A DNA stretch of 63,771 bases, filler included, from Sphacelaria rigidula (GCA_964200075.2; 5 parts of 5 records of this genome joined end to end with filler, not necessarily neighbours in it); one strand, 5' to 3'; shown: positions 26,105 through 39,688, numbered from the whole stretch's first letter. Program-made: numbers and translations. The notes: generated by a model not told the origin, from the sequence alone.

Positions 26105-27364
26105 CTGTCGTATGACACGGCGGGAGAGAAGAAAAAAAGGCGCCGTGTATATGAAACACTCAAGCGCATGCACCCACGTTGTTCTTCAGCCTCGCTCGGT
26201 GTCTTACTTGCTTCGCGGTAGCATGACACGAAGGGGACACCTATGAAATTATCACCCTACATAAAAGACGCTCATGATAGCATACGCACGTATTCCTGCG
26301 TTTGTCTTCAACACATTTGTCTCGAGGCGTGTGTTAGCACCATTTTTTTCGATCGAACAAAAATGGGCGGTATAATCTATTTGAGCGAAAATTCGCTCGT
26401 TTTTCTCGAGTCGAGTCCAACCGAAATTTCAAGCTTTCGATCGAAGAAAGGCAGTGAAATTCGTGAAAGATTCCTTGCTTGCTTGCCTGCAGAACAGACC
26501 GTACTGTACTGTCTGTACTGTTTGCATACAGGGTGGCCGAGAGTGTTTGTGCGTGTTTTGTACACAAGATTGAGAAAGAGAAGCGGACAATGTGTGGTAC
26601 AGACAGCGCAGGACTATCTGTTTACTCGCTGCTTACAATGCGACGTGGAAAGGAATTGAACCGCATGCAGCTTTGTATTGCCTGCATTGCTCATGAGCGT
26701 GCACGCAACTCGGTTGCCCACCGTACCACGCAGTTCCGTCGCTGATGCCCACCATGAGAGAAGATGTGCAAGTTTTCGCCAACTAAAGATAACAAAGCAT
26801 GCCCAGCTTCTGCAGTGTATCTATCCCTGTGCTCAACTCGTGCTCTATGCTGCAGGGTTGCGGTGGAAGCTGAGAATGAGTTGGATGGAGTTTGCATGGT
26901 CCTGTGAACAGGTGTTATTTAGCGTGGTGGTCTGCAAGATACGGAGTAGGAGTTCAGTGCCCCTTCGTGTCTTTCGACCGCATGTTTCGGATCGAAAAGG
27001 CTTACCTTTATTATTTTTCACGTCTTGTCTGCGCTCCACTAACTATAGTTGAAGCCAGCACGGAACAGAAATCCCGTGGACTTTATCGGATATATTTTTA
27101 TTTCCCACCGCATTTTTTCGATCGAATAAAACATGTGCTGAGACACGCCCTCAGGGGTGTCGATAGGTGGTCGTTTCAACATCAATAACGTCTAGATGAA
27201 TGACGATTTGTCAGATCGGAATATATATTTCCGCTGCACCTTTTTGATCGAAAAATAGTTTGCTTCGACACAGCTCAAGGCCGCGTCTTACCACGTCATG
27301 TTTCGACCGAAAGAGTGCGGTGGAAACAGGCGTGCCCAAAAACAAAATCCCAGACCCGATCTAT

Positions 27365-27657
27365 GGCTTTTGCTTTTTATGCGCATTTTTTTTTTCATGC
27401 TAAAAGGTACGTTCCATGAGGGTTACCGCCAGGAATCGCCTCAAGAAGGACGCGAAAAAGGCGCAAAAGTCGCACATATTTCACCAAAAAACGCATAAAG
27501 CGGCGCGTAATTTTCACCTTCGAGCATGAGAAAAAAATTGCATGAATAGCACATATTTCACCAAAACACGCATAACTCGGCGCATAATTTTCACCTTTGA
27601 TCATGAAAAAAAGTGAAATGGAACGCATAAAAACAAGAGACAAATGAAAGCACAAGC
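27365..27657. mobile_element. Possible MITE with internal ~74-bp tandem duplication
   Basis: GGCTTTTGCTTT..TTTATGCG vs CGCATAAAA..AAAGCACAAGCC inverted ends; GCACATATTTCACCAAAA unit occurs twice. Confidence 0.45.
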
Positions 27658-29936
27658 CTAAGTAAATAACCCATTTGGGGCAACTTGGGTGCGGTAGCGC
27701 CTTCGATTGTTGGCCCTATTTGCCACCACAAGATGCCACGTACAGCGGGCGCAAGTTGGCGGTGCAGCTTGATTTAGCAAGCATTGCAGAGCATTGTGGT
27801 ATTTGTCTGGTCGTGTTCTTGTCGTGGAAGTGTGATGTGCAGTGTATTGCCGAAGCCCATAAATATAACTTGGCCTTACCTGGCTCCGAAGTTTCCAAAT
27901 AACTGAAGCTTCATTCACCCCTTTGGGACCGGGCCTCCAGAACGACCGATGAGGCTGTGTCTAGCGTCTACACGAAACAGTGGCTTCATGTGAAAATCCA
28001 CGTATGTAAGCGCCGCATGCAGGTTTAGGAGGAAGACCGAAAGTTTCATCCAATCTATTTTCAGGTGCAGATACAAACTGTTATTCGGGTGGGGTGCGCA
28101 TTAGGTGATGTACATCTGATCAACGAACACTATGGGTAGCCGTAGAGAGCTTTCGACACGATGCGGCGACCGGCGGGTCGCCCGCCACTTGTGGCTTTGG
28201 ATTATATTCTTGTCCCCATCACTTTGCTACACAGCCCTTTGTGCTCGGGGTGGGTCGCCATTTCCCTCTTTGCTGTAAGCGGCATATTGTCTTCGAAAGG
28301 TATGGGCGTTGCGGCGCACATACATACAGTACAATACAATGCAGTGCAGTACGCCTCGCCGACTGCACCAGTAGCTACCGCTACATACCTTGCACGTTCT
28401 GGGCACTTCTCAGAGACGGAGATCAGCTGCCTATACACAGCGTGTCCATCCCTGCCCACTACATACACGTTCACAGTGTTCTGCAAGTCATCGACAGAGG
28501 GATAAGCAGAATTCATGGCAGTAGCTTCTTTTGTCTTTCCACGGCCCACCTGGGTTTAGTGCCTCGTGAAAATGACCACATTGTGGCATGTCCACTCCTT
28601 CCCGGTTTTTCCCACTCGACCCTGCGTTAGAATAATTATTACGTTTTATTATAGGCTAGCCACCCAAAAAACTCCCGGGAAATCTCGGGAACACCATACT
28701 GAATGCAACTATTACGAGAAGCCATGCTCCGAGCATCCTGGATTTGCACACCTGGAAAGGCTTATCTGGGCCAGGGATAGGGCCCCCACACGATCTTTGC
28801 AGTGATATCACACTCGTTCGGGTCTGGTCGATAAATTTCGCCTCGCCGTGATTGGGCAGGTCTTTCCCCGACTTATTTTTTATTTTTTCACGAACACATG
28901 GTCAACCCCGTGTTAGTGGGGGGTCGGTGCCAAGGGGTTGAACACGATTTTTTTTTTTAATTCATGTACGGGATTTAGTAACCCCCCCCCCCCCTTCCCC
29001 CCGAGAAAATCCAGGATTCAACAAAGAGGCATAGGGTCTGGGATTTGGGGGGGGGAACACACTTGGTGGAAAACGACTATTCCGATCTGATAGGTGGTGA
29101 TTTCAACCATCTTCAACGTAAACTACGATAGTTGAAGCCACGATCGATCAGATTGGAGTTTTCCGTTTCCACCGCACATTTTCGATCGAAAAAGAATGTG
29201 TTAAGGAACAAGTGAACTAGAGCAGCATGTTTATTGGTCTCCTTGCGGGTCCACGGTTGCGGCGACTAATCGACACGCGGCTTCTGGGCTGTTGTTACGT
29301 TTCTCGCTTCAGTTTTTTTGTCTCGAAAATACAGGGCCCGGCCTAATTCGGAAGTTTGTACTACAGGTATTGCGTCGTAAGGAGTACCAAAAGTACTCTC
29401 GAAAACGATGTAGCTGGGGTACCGTATCCAATATTTGAACCAATTTCGGGTATTTCGTTGGGGAAAACGTGCAAAAATATTCCACCAGGGTCAGGAACTC
29501 TGGCGCGCCGTTACGAAACCAGCAGAGACAGCACGTGTGCAGTTTCGTCGCCGCGTTGCACGCACGTCCCGAGAGTAGGGCTCTCCAGTAACTGCAATGC
29601 ACTGCCTGTGTTGTACCACTGTACTGTACTGCACTATAGGGGCACATTCACCGATTGAGCGCAATCCCCATCGCCATACTGCCCGAATACTACTCGAGGG
29701 TAGGAGCCAGAGAGTAGTGACTCAGCTACCATGAAGAAAGTTCTGTACTCGGTGTCTCATGTAGACGGCGACAGTTGCAGACGCCTCACGAAGAGGTAGT
29801 GTAGACGGGTGACGTTAAAGATCGTTTTATCATCAACCGACCATTCGACACCCAAACGACCAGGGCATGACGGCACCTGCACTTGAGTAGCACAAGATAG
29901 CTCTTGTTCCCGTGAACGTCTACGCAAAGTGAGTAC

Positions 29937-30183
29937 CTGGGGGTGGCGAACCAGCTGACGACGCCATCATGTTCAGCGCAATCTTTCTGTCGACGGGACG
30001 CGATCTGGATGCCCCGCTGTTTTTACCAGATGCAACTTGGCTGGGTGCAGCGAACTTACAGGAAGTTTTGAGCGAGGACCTGGCGAAGGCGGCACATGGA
30101 GAAACGAGATAAGAAAGGTATACTACCGCTACCACTACTAATGACGCGGGCGAGTTTACAGCTCCCATACCCGTTGTCACCAT
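29937..30183 (-). CDS. First exon of the methyltransferase: bipartite plastid targeting peptide
   Basis: Hydrophobic signal, ASAFAP-like CAA-FAR, Ser/Arg-rich transit peptide, phase-1 donor CAG|GTACTC compatible with exon 25975-26104. Confidence 0.65.
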
Positions 30184-31648
30184 TGCTGCGTTGGCGATGG
30201 TTGCCTACGATAGATTCCTGCCGAAGGAAAAACATATTTGTTTTTCAACACCACCGTCACTTGCATGACATCCAGTCCCGTTGGTACAGAGAGCGAAAAT
30301 CGTATGCTCCAACTTCATACAGTAACACCATGACCTCACTTCTCATTCCATATCCACAGTCGATGGAAATATCAATTATTTCGAGTCGTATACTGCTGAA
30401 CTTTCGTCGTCGCACACAACATCAGGAACACATTCCTGCATCAATACCTCGGTAGAACTGATGATGCTGAATATTCCGCGTAGATAATGTCATTTTCCCG
30501 TACGAAACATGTGCTCCCATGCTGCATGTATCATGACCCTGGAGCTCAGTTCTACCGCTCGTGGATATTATGGGGACAGGTTGCACATTGCGGGCGGGAG
30601 GGCTGGTGGCATGGGCCGCTTGCCATTTTCTGCACTCTGCCGCAGCCTTTATCCCCCCTTCATCAGTCAACACCAAGTGGGCACACAAGGTACCCATGGA
30701 ATACACGAAGGCAGATGGACCCAAGCACGGCTTGAAGAACACACCTCAGCAAAGTGCTGCAGTTGAGCAGTATAGTACGACAGTACTTTACAAGGAACAT
30801 ATCATGTTGCGGTGTGATTTTCTGTCGCGAAATAGAGCAAGAAGACACGCTGGAAATGACAGGACCTACTAGCAGCAGGTTCCCTCCCTTAATCGATATT
30901 GGTGGGTTGTTGGGGGCGGCTGTCTTGTTGAATACGACGAGTACAACTTCATCGATGAGATTATCGATGCTCCACGTATTTGGGGGGCGGGCAAAAGTCA
31001 ATGCGGCTTTTTAAATTTGAAGTTGGGCGAAAATTACGCCGCGTTTTTGTTGTACTTGTTACAAGTCGGAATCTTGACTAGGCGCGAAGCCATCTGAAGT
31101 GGTCGGGGCTTGGATCGCGAACACGCACTTTTTTTTTCAGATTCATCACAGCTTCAGCGCACCCGATCGTTGTGCCTTTCGTTGTCGAAATACTCGGGTT
31201 CCTTGAAACGTGCTTCACGCTCAACGTCGCAAATTGCCGCGTTGATGAGGCGATCGCCAGGAATCTTGCCTCACTTTCCTCTCCCGAAAATCCCTCCTCC
31301 GTCGTTTGGATCTCGCCCACCGCAATGCCGCAGGAGGCATCAACGGCCAGAACGGGTGTGCGTGGGAGAACCCCCGCCTTGTCGCTCGACATGTCGTCAG
31401 GTGCGGAGATTGGCAAAAATGTCCTCAACATATCTACGAAAGTGTTTTTGATGCCGTAGCGTGTTCGTTGCTTGTCCAAGAAACTACAGGATAGCATCGA
31501 CTTCACGCAAGTAACACGAAGTAACCTCAAAAAATAATCTTGACTAATCGACCACCGCAACTAAAGTAATTTTTAGATACTAAGGCCGCTATTTATAACG
31601 GACAATAATAACGTGTGGAAAAGTGCCTTTTTAGAAGTTCTACTGTAA

Positions 31649-31963
31649 AAGAGCTAGGCGGAGTTTGAAACCTTGGAATGAGTGGCTCTACTCGTTGAGG
31701 CGGTTCCAGGAAATGTTCGCGTTTCCCGGTGGCAGTAGTTTTTTTTTTTGCCAAACAAACATTTTTGTCCAGAGGCGGTCAAGCGCAGAGAAAAATGCGA
31801 TTTTTTCTACAGTAGATTTGACCGTTCTTGACCGTTCTTGGACAAAAATGCTCTTGTGGCCAGAAAAAAAACTACGGCCACCGGGAAAAGCGAACATGTC
31901 CTGGAACCGCCTCAACAAGTAGAACAAGTCATTCCAAGGCGTCAAACTCCGCTAAGCTCTCTT
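31649..31963. mobile_element. Foldback MITE (~315 bp), possibly PIF/Harbinger-type
   Basis: GAGCTAGGCGGAGTTTGAAACCTTGGAATGA mirrored by TCATTCCAAGGCGTCAAACTCCGCTAAGCTC over ~130 bp; TAA on both flanks if a 2-bp indel is allowed. Confidence 0.8.
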
Positions 31964-32212
31964 TAAGGGCGTAAAATGACGTAGAAGCTCCAAAACGTCA
32001 GTTCTCCAGATTTTAATTTGTGTCTGTTATAAGTCGCGGCTGGTTCACCGCTCTTACCCGCAGAATGTTCATCTGCAAAACTTCACGCCGCTTTTTAGAG
32101 TTGAGCCCTGACACCTTCCACAAATGTGGTATGGATTATCAAAAAACTTTCGATCGACGACTTTTTCTTAGTTGTTCATTTTTCACTGATTTTCACGGGT
32201 TCCATTCACTAG

Positions 32213-32563
32213 GTTTCACGTGCTACGGGTCATCTGCTCCCCGCCACCCACCCACTTACCCGCCGATACCCTCGGAACTCTCTCGCTCTCCCGCGGCTCC
32301 AAGCTCAGACGGTGGTTCATCGTTTTCTAGGCGAGCCCTGCTGGAGAACGCGGCTTCGACAACTTTTGCAGCATCCGTAATTGCGACCCTGGGGGGCACT
32401 GGAGGGGCGGCCCCTGCTCAGGCCAAACCACAGCGCGTGAAGGGCGGGGGTCCAATCATCACCCTAGACGATGGAGCTCAATACCAGGAGATGACCATCG
32501 GAGATGGGCCGACACCACGCGATGGGGATAGAGTGGCAGTGCACTACTCACTGTATTACGGGG
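32213..32563 (+). CDS. FKBP-type peptidyl-prolyl isomerase, thylakoid lumen; exon with Tat signal and domain start
   Basis: SRRALL twin-Arg, hydrophobic stretch, AQA cleavage, then YQEMTIGDGPTPRDGDRVAVHYSLYY; donor G|GTGAGG; upstream signal-peptide exon not located. Confidence 0.85.
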
Positions 32564-33129
32564 GTGAGGAGAGGACAAGAGCACGTGTTCGTTGTGTAGT
32601 GGCGTATGGTTGGGTCATGCAGGATGGGGTGTTGATGGGAGAGGGGGTACACACGCCGAGAAAAAACATGGTCGTAGAACGGCTTAGGTTGGGCCATCCT
32701 CGAAGGAACGAACCGAGGAACTCGTCCCAACGTCAGGTAAACGAAGAATTCCTTGCTCTGAAAAAGATAGAATCTCTCTTGCGAATTCGCAGCGAACGCA
32801 GACGAAAGTCGGGCTCCTTCCTCCTGTGAAGGAGAAGACGTTGAGCTTCCACACTGCATGTTGGGGGCTGTGATCAGAAGTGGTGAATCAAATGGGGAGC
32901 CCGGACGTCTAGCCCCCCGTCCATATGGTGGCCTCACTGCCCCACACCCAGGTTGCAATTGTAGGATTCGTAACATGTCAGAGATAGCATAGCACGTGTT
33001 ATGCTGGGAAAGATAGGTGTGGGTGGGTGCGCTGTAACGTGCGAGTGTATCTCGGCAGATAACGGGTGTGGATATCAGGAATTTATTTTGTACACTGTCC
33101 CTAGTCGGTGGCTCTGCGTTGCCCCTGGT

Positions 33130-33477
33130 GTGTATCTGTATCTACTCTGCTGCACTGAATCACTCGGGCCTTTTCCTTTCTTTTCATCGTTTCATTGTAT
33201 TGTATTTTATTTGCTCTTTATTCTCCTCCCCTTTTATTTTCTGTTTTGTTTTAGGTCGGCCATTTCTTTCTGTGCTTTGCTTGTGTTGACTTTGTCATTA
33301 CTTTTTTTTTACGACTTAGTCTGCTATGTCGTTCCCTTCGACTTTTTTTTCTTCCTGTTCCTTCTTTTCTTCAGAGCGTGTTTCAGTTTCGTTTTTCTTA
33401 GGGACGTCTATCATGAGACCACGGCTGGATCATGACCCCTGGGGGATCAGTTATAGTACGACAATCAATCAATCACT
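33130..33477 (+). mobile_element. 3' end of (CAAT)n-tailed retroposon in FKBP intron
   Basis: Reverse-complement homologue of 13596-13850; ends ACAATCAATCAATCA. Confidence 0.7.
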
Positions 33478-33813
33478 TAATCTATATATCAAGACGCCCT
33501 CGATAAACGGGACTCTACTCCATATCGTCCCGACAACACAGAATTGTAGAATTTGTCCTGAGTACGACCTGCTTTTGATTGTAACGCCTACCGATTCTCA
33601 AACGCTCGAGCGAAGGTGGCAAAATCGTCCGTGAAAAAGTCCCGATTGAGTGAGTACCATCTGGATTATGATACCCTTCGCAAGCGAAATTGATGCCGAT
33701 TCAACGGATGACCTACTGCGGCCTCCTAAGGGTGAAAGTTTTGACTACTGTACGTCCATCTTGATATCTTCTATTCCGGTTTATTTTGTGAATAATAACA
33801 TTTTAAACTGCAG

Positions 33814-33944
33814 GTCTCGAAGTCGAAAGCTCGCGGGACAGTCAAGGCTTGGCCGCAAGGCCTTTGGGGTTCACGTTCGGCACTGTCAGTGGACCTGGGA
33901 GCGTCCCTCCTGGCCTAAACGAGTGCATTACCGGCATGAAAGTG
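33814..33944 (+). CDS. FKBP exon
   Basis: CAG acceptor; (G)LEVESSRDSQGLAARPLGFTFGTVSGPGSVPPGLNECITGMKV; GTGAGC donor. Confidence 0.9.
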
Positions 33945-34046
33945 GTGAGCCGAAGAAAACACCATACCCTCCCGTGTTTCTCAGCGGAATTTCTTCTTGT
34001 GTTGGAAGAATGGTCCCGCCCCATATGAGGGTTATTGGGCGGGCAG

Positions 34047-34101
<55 letters not shown>

Positions 34102-34182
34102 TGTGTACGTGTGTGTACGTGTGTACGTGTGTACGTGTGTTTACGTGTGTGTACGTGTGTGTACGTGTGTACGTGTGTGTGT
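34047..34182. repeat. (GT)n / (GTGTGTAC)n microsatellite
   Basis: Directly visible. Confidence 0.95.
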
Positions 34183-34762
34183 TAGACTACTATGCTCTTG
34201 TTTGACGTATGTTCTGCGCCGTATATCGAAAGAAGGCAGGAGACAGCTATCACTCGTCTTGATTTACAGGCCGTAGCCACGGCACACTTCCAAGTACCAG
34301 CAAGCATAAACATATTCGGAATGTGCCTGCGACATGCTTACCGCTGTAGGGAATGTGACATACAGGTGTATAGATGCAGACACACTGACACTTCAAACAT
34401 AAAGGCTCGGCCACGTGTCACGTATCAGTTGCAGTATTTTTGGGAGTTCCGTACCGTCCCAGCTTTAGAAGACTTGATGATCACACATCTGATGAAAGAA
34501 CAGAGGGAAGAGAGGGGGGGGATTGTATATGGCAGATTCCCTCTGTCGTGAGAAATTTAATGAATCGTGACAGCTCAGCAGTTGTGGATGCTGAGCGAAA
34601 ATCATTATCGTGTTTGATGTACAACAAAAGGAGTGGTAACGACATGGATGGAGAGAATGAAGGATAAACAGTACTAACCTTTTCTCCGCGGGCACAACCG
34701 TGCGTTTTTAAAAAAATATTTTTCCTTCATGTCGGCCCGTTTGTCCGTGATTTGGTTCACAG

Positions 34763-34851
34763 GGAGGACGACGCAAGATAACTCTCCCTCCGGAGTTGGC
34801 CTTCGGCAAGGACGGAAGGCCGCCCTTTATCCCCGGCGGTGCCACGGTCCT
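34763..34851 (+). CDS. FKBP exon
   Basis: GGRRKITLPPELAFGKDGRPPFIPGGATV(L), canonical FKBP motif; AG/GT sites in frame. Confidence 0.92.
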
Positions 34852-35906
34852 GTGAGTCAGTCGGAGATCTTGATTGATCAAAATAGATACAAAGGCGTTC
34901 CGCAAACGGCTAACACCTGACTCGCCTTTATATCTATTTTGAGGAAAGTACAACCATTTGTTGTGCCCAGCAGTTCAAATCTTCCATCACTGTGCTACTC
35001 GACTGTCTCGTCGAGATCGTAGCCTGTGTTGTTGTAGTTTATGTGAGGAAATGCAGCAGCGGACATGTGAGCAAGCAAATGCTGACCTCGGTGCTATCCG
35101 AAGGAATATTGATCATTTGAAGCCCAATCGTTGGGGTAAGATGTGACGGGTTCATACAATCACGCAGTTTCTCGTTTTAACTTCGAAGGTCTAAATGAAT
35201 CGTATTGCCACATGTTTTTTTCTTCTGCTGATACGTCTATATTGTACGTACACGAGTAGGGCAGTTGAGGAGCTATTCGTAGCCACCCCACCGCGTGCTT
35301 CACGACACGTATTTAATTTTGCTCTATACCCTGAATATTTTTGCTATACAAATTTGTTGAAAATATGACCTATTTCCTTGATCCAGCTAGCAATTTTTTG
35401 CCACAAAATATCGTGATATTTCAGTGTACGGCGTCGTTTCGAAGTAACACCAAGTACTATCGTTAGTGAAATTAGACCGTGCTAGACGGATGAGAATGTT
35501 TTGTGCACAACCTAAGCCCCACGTAGGAATCATGGTCTACGCTGTGCGGCGAATCCGCGATAAGACCGGCGAGCCCTTTTATTTTCAAGAGCGGTGGCAT
35601 GTTGACTCAACTGTGTGTAACTGTGTTGAGTGCTTCGTTTAACGGAGTATCGGGCGTTGATTGAAATTGCCCTGCGCGGTTTGACTTGGCTCACAAAGTG
35701 TTCCCGGTCGGCCGCAAAGCATATACAGGTGCAAAGATAATGTTACGAAGCGATTGAGTTGAGTGTTGTACTGAAGGGTTTCTCACTTCTCCAGACCATG
35801 CGCGTTGCATCGAGAACCGAGATACTGTATCTTTCTGCCGCGTGTGGGATCGCAAAATGGAGATCTTGGAGCCTCGTCGGCGACAGCGTTATTCAAAGAC
35901 ATCATG

Positions 35907-35955
<49 letters not shown>

Positions 35956-36429
35956 TTTCGATGTACGTCTCGCGATGTGCTCATGGGAGAACACGAACGC
36001 ACAACTGTATACGTGGCAGAACCTTCACTCGCAAGCCATTTTGTTCCCACGCGAATCCTGAATACCTGTACCGAGTTGTGGTGGCTCCATGGTGCCTATG
36101 CTAAACTTCCTGGCCCTCCTGACGATGGTGTTGCTTTTTCTGTTCATTTGTTTTCGCGATTATGTTCGATTTGTTTTTCGGTGAATCCTGCAGGTGACTT
36201 CACGACTTCGTCGAAACTGTTTTTTTTTTGTCTGCAAGTTTTGGTCTCTCATGACGCACCCAGGTGACGATTGCCTTGGTTATCTTTCCGGACTGCCTTC
36301 TTTTTCTCCAGTTTCTCTTTTTCTATTCATTTTTCTCACGATGACGCAGGCAGATACAACCGTTTGCTGATGATCGATGGTCTTGTATTCTGTTCGCATG
36401 CCTAACGTCGTGTGTGTTTCCCTACGCAG

Positions 36430-36508
36430 ATTTGACGTTAGTCTCTGGAGCGTGAAGCCTGCGGGTATGGACCCAAATCTCACCATGCCCGGATCATCGC
36501 TGTTTTGA
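36430..36508 (+). CDS. FKBP terminal exon
   Basis: GCAG acceptor, phase 2; FDVSLWSVKPAGMDPNLTMPGSSLF* completes the L-x-F-D-V-x-L strand. Confidence 0.85.
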
Positions 36509-38602
36509 TCAACTTTGCTTGCCCTAGGTGAAGGGATATGCGGCACTCCCGAGATGATCTAGTGATGAGTCTTGGTTTTTCTTGAAGGGCGGCGACACCG
36601 CCACTTGCGCGGAACCCGCCGCCGAAAGTTGCGACTTGGGAACACTGTCGAGATCTTTCTGTGCATGAACCGTGTATCGAGAGAGCGCTCTCGTTTCTTG
36701 TTTTTGTTGTTTGTTTCTTTGAAATATATTCGAGGCTTGTGAGATGTTCACCAGGTGGGTATATTGTCGTCGCCACCCGCGCTACTTACTTGTTCGAAGT
36801 GGCGCGAAACCAGGCGATACTGCTCCGCGGTGATGTACATCGTTCCTCTCTTCTATTTCCCGGCGGGGAGTACGCTGTGTTGCTGGTAGATCATGTGCAG
36901 GAAGAGATCCCAGCGATCTTTTTCTGACGGTACAGGCTCCGGTGTCACTGGCACCGTTGTCTCAGAGAAAATCGGCGCTGGAGCCGTTCGTCACCGGGGG
37001 CGCCATCCGCCGTGATGTACTGTATGGTAACTCCCGTAAGAAACGCCGCGCGAACAGTTTTCTTCAGTGTTAGATTCTGAAGGTGCCAAGCTTTTGTTCG
37101 TGTACGCTCGCTGCGGACGTTTTGCAACTTGGGTTTGTTTGTAACCGATGCTCCTACGAGGATAGATTCGTCAATACCTCGTTGTCGAAGGAGTCAGCCT
37201 TCCTTTTTACTCCTCTTCCTGTTACTGCACCCCACATACCTTTGGATCTCAGGTTACCGTTTGTGTCCTTGAGGGATTCTTTCGATTGTTCAAAATGCGT
37301 GGCTTTCCCGTTGACACCAGGATACTTGCCTTGATGCCTTCGGTTCAGGATGGGAGAGATTCCAGTATTGGCATTCGGTTCCAAAAGAGGATGATTTCCG
37401 ACTTCGAGGCGTTTTTTTCCTCGTGCTTTTCCTACGGTGTACAAGCACGCGTACACAGGTGAAGAAGTAGCGCACTGTGCATTCAGTCTGCGATAAGGGA
37501 AGAAGCTGGAGCCGGAACGCTGGTTCTGTGACGTGGTCGACGTGGACTTGCTTGTCGTTTGCTACTCACGAGGGCACTGACGGCAGTGTTATTCGTTCTC
37601 CTCAGGCTATTGAGTGTTGTAAAGACGAGAGAAAAATGGGCGTGTTAGTCCCGAAGGAAGGCCTCAGATAGCAGATACCAGGTACCCCGTGTTGGAGGTG
37701 TTGACCAATACAGTAAATGGATATCGGGTATGATATCGGTGTGTGTGGGGGGGGGACTGACTACGGAGCGTGCACTATTGTGTAAAATGACACGGATACT
37801 GTGTGCTTTTGTGTCTGTAGATGAGAGAATGGAAGGCGTTGGCTTTGTTTCGAAAACACCTTGGGCTCATCATCTTAATCGAGTAAGGTCAGGAGCGTCA
37901 GGGTACGACACGTGCGATTTTCTCCTTGCTGCAAGGCCGACGACGGGCAGGGGTTGTGACGTTCGTGGGTGGGATACGTAGGAGTCATCACGGTGCAACT
38001 GGAGGGCTGTTGCTTTGTTGTTTGGACGACGTGGTGCGTGCATGGTTTTCCATGTATGTGGCAGTTGACACTTGCCAGTAGGCTCAAACCTTGAGATTTG
38101 CTGCTTGGAGGGGGGCGCGTACTCATTTGTTGCTTGCCTTAGTCGTTTGACCATTGACCACGTACCCGTTGCGATACGGGGGGGGGGGGGGTGTACTCAT
38201 GATGAAACGGGGGGGGGGGGGGGGGGGNNNNNNNNNNNNNNNNNNNNNNNNNNNNNNNNNNNNNNNNNNNNTTAATTAATTAANNNNNNNNNNNNNNNNN
38301 NNNNNNNNNNNNNNNNNNNNNNNNNNNTGCCACAGCGGCCATCACGGCCATACTCGTAGCATCAAGTGTTTGGTCCTCCCCCCCCCCCCCCCCCCCTCTT
38401 TGCATGATCATGAGTACACCCCCCCAAGAGTGGAAGTCTACTGATCCCGGAGCTTGCGTCGTTGGAACATTCTCCATCGAGACCTGTCCAATGTACGCGG
38501 ACTTTTTCGGCGATTCGCTGGGCTTTCACTAACGAGAAATCGAGGTTGACCCCAAAAACAAAGTGCAACGGGAATGTTACCGCCGCTAATCGACGGCGTG
38601 CC

Positions 38603-39168
38603 TCATCTAGACGGCTCCGGACATTCGTTCGCCCGTGCCCATTCTATCATTTCGGATCGCTCCTCCATCATAGCCCAGTACAGGGTGCTGTCATCCCAAG
38701 GACAGCCATTCTCCCTGCACCATTTCAGCACCTCTAGATGACCACCCCTCGCCGCCCGACCGCATGTATCTGCATTCCATGGACAACCCTGCGAGCGAGC
38801 CCACTGAACAATCTCCAAGTGTCCCATTCTGGCAGCTCCCGTGCAAGTGGAGGCATCCCACGAACATCCATTCAGGTGTGCCCATTGGACGACATTTAGG
38901 TGCCCATTTTCTGCGGCCATGGTACAGGTCAGGGAGTCCCAAGGACAGCCGTTCGCTCGAGCCCACTTGAGGACACGCAGATGCCCTTCCGCAGCTGCTG
39001 TACTGCACGTGCTCTCATTCCAAGGACACCCGTGAGCCCTGCACCACTGCAAAACGGATAGGTGCCCGGCCCTTGCCGCACCGAAGCAGGTCCCCTCGTC
39101 CCAAAAGCATCCATTCTCGCGTGCCCACTGAAGAACGTTCATGTGCCCCCCGTATGCGGCCTCCATAC
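38603..39168 (-). CDS. Ankyrin-repeat protein (CPW-type 25-aa repeats), terminal exon
   Basis: Repeats AAxxGHLxVLQWARxNGCPW; TTTACAG acceptor phase 1; stop at 38603-38605. Confidence 0.92.
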
Positions 39169-39396
39169 CTGTAAACAGAATAAACCATGAAGATCCAATG
39201 GCGACACAAGAAAGTAGCACAAGAAAAAAAGTCATCTTCTTATTTTCGAGTCAACTCACTGTAGAACCGGAGACAAGAAAAAACTCTTCAAGAAAAACGA
39301 AATCGCAGAACGGAAGAATTTTTAAACAGAAGGGACCCTCCCTCCGAACAAGTCGAAGGTTACGTTTTGCACAGAGGGTGGAAGGCTGATACTTAC

Positions 39397-39688
39397 AGGT
39401 GAGGGGGCTCCAAGGGCACTCGTGCTCACGTACGAACTGAAGAACTTCTAAATGCCCACCCTTGGCGGCCAAAGCACATGTGCGCGCGTCCCCCTCGAGG
39501 CCGTTTTCGTAAGCCCAACGCAACACCTCGAGGTGCCCCGCAGCAGCAGCATAGCTGCATGTGGTTTTGTTCCAGGGGCAGCCATGCTCTCGGGCCCAAC
39601 GAAGCGTTTTTAAATGACCTGCGGCCGCCGCAGTGGAGCAGGTTCGCGATGTCCACGGGCAGCCGTTTTCCCGTGCCCATTTCAAAAC
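39397..39688 (-). CDS. Ankyrin-repeat protein, middle exon
   Basis: TTCAG acceptor, VLKWARENGCPW..., T|GTAAGT donor in phase with the next exon. Confidence 0.92.

Noticed and set aside
27876..28622. Additional methyltransferase exons at 28550-28622 and ~27876-27960
   Set aside because: Splice-like sites exist but peptides are unrecognisable and phases or stops are inconsistent; exon 1 joins 26104 in frame without them.
33650..34276. 208-aa ORF with VC repeats
   Set aside because: Microsatellite translation; the real FKBP exon inside is in another frame.
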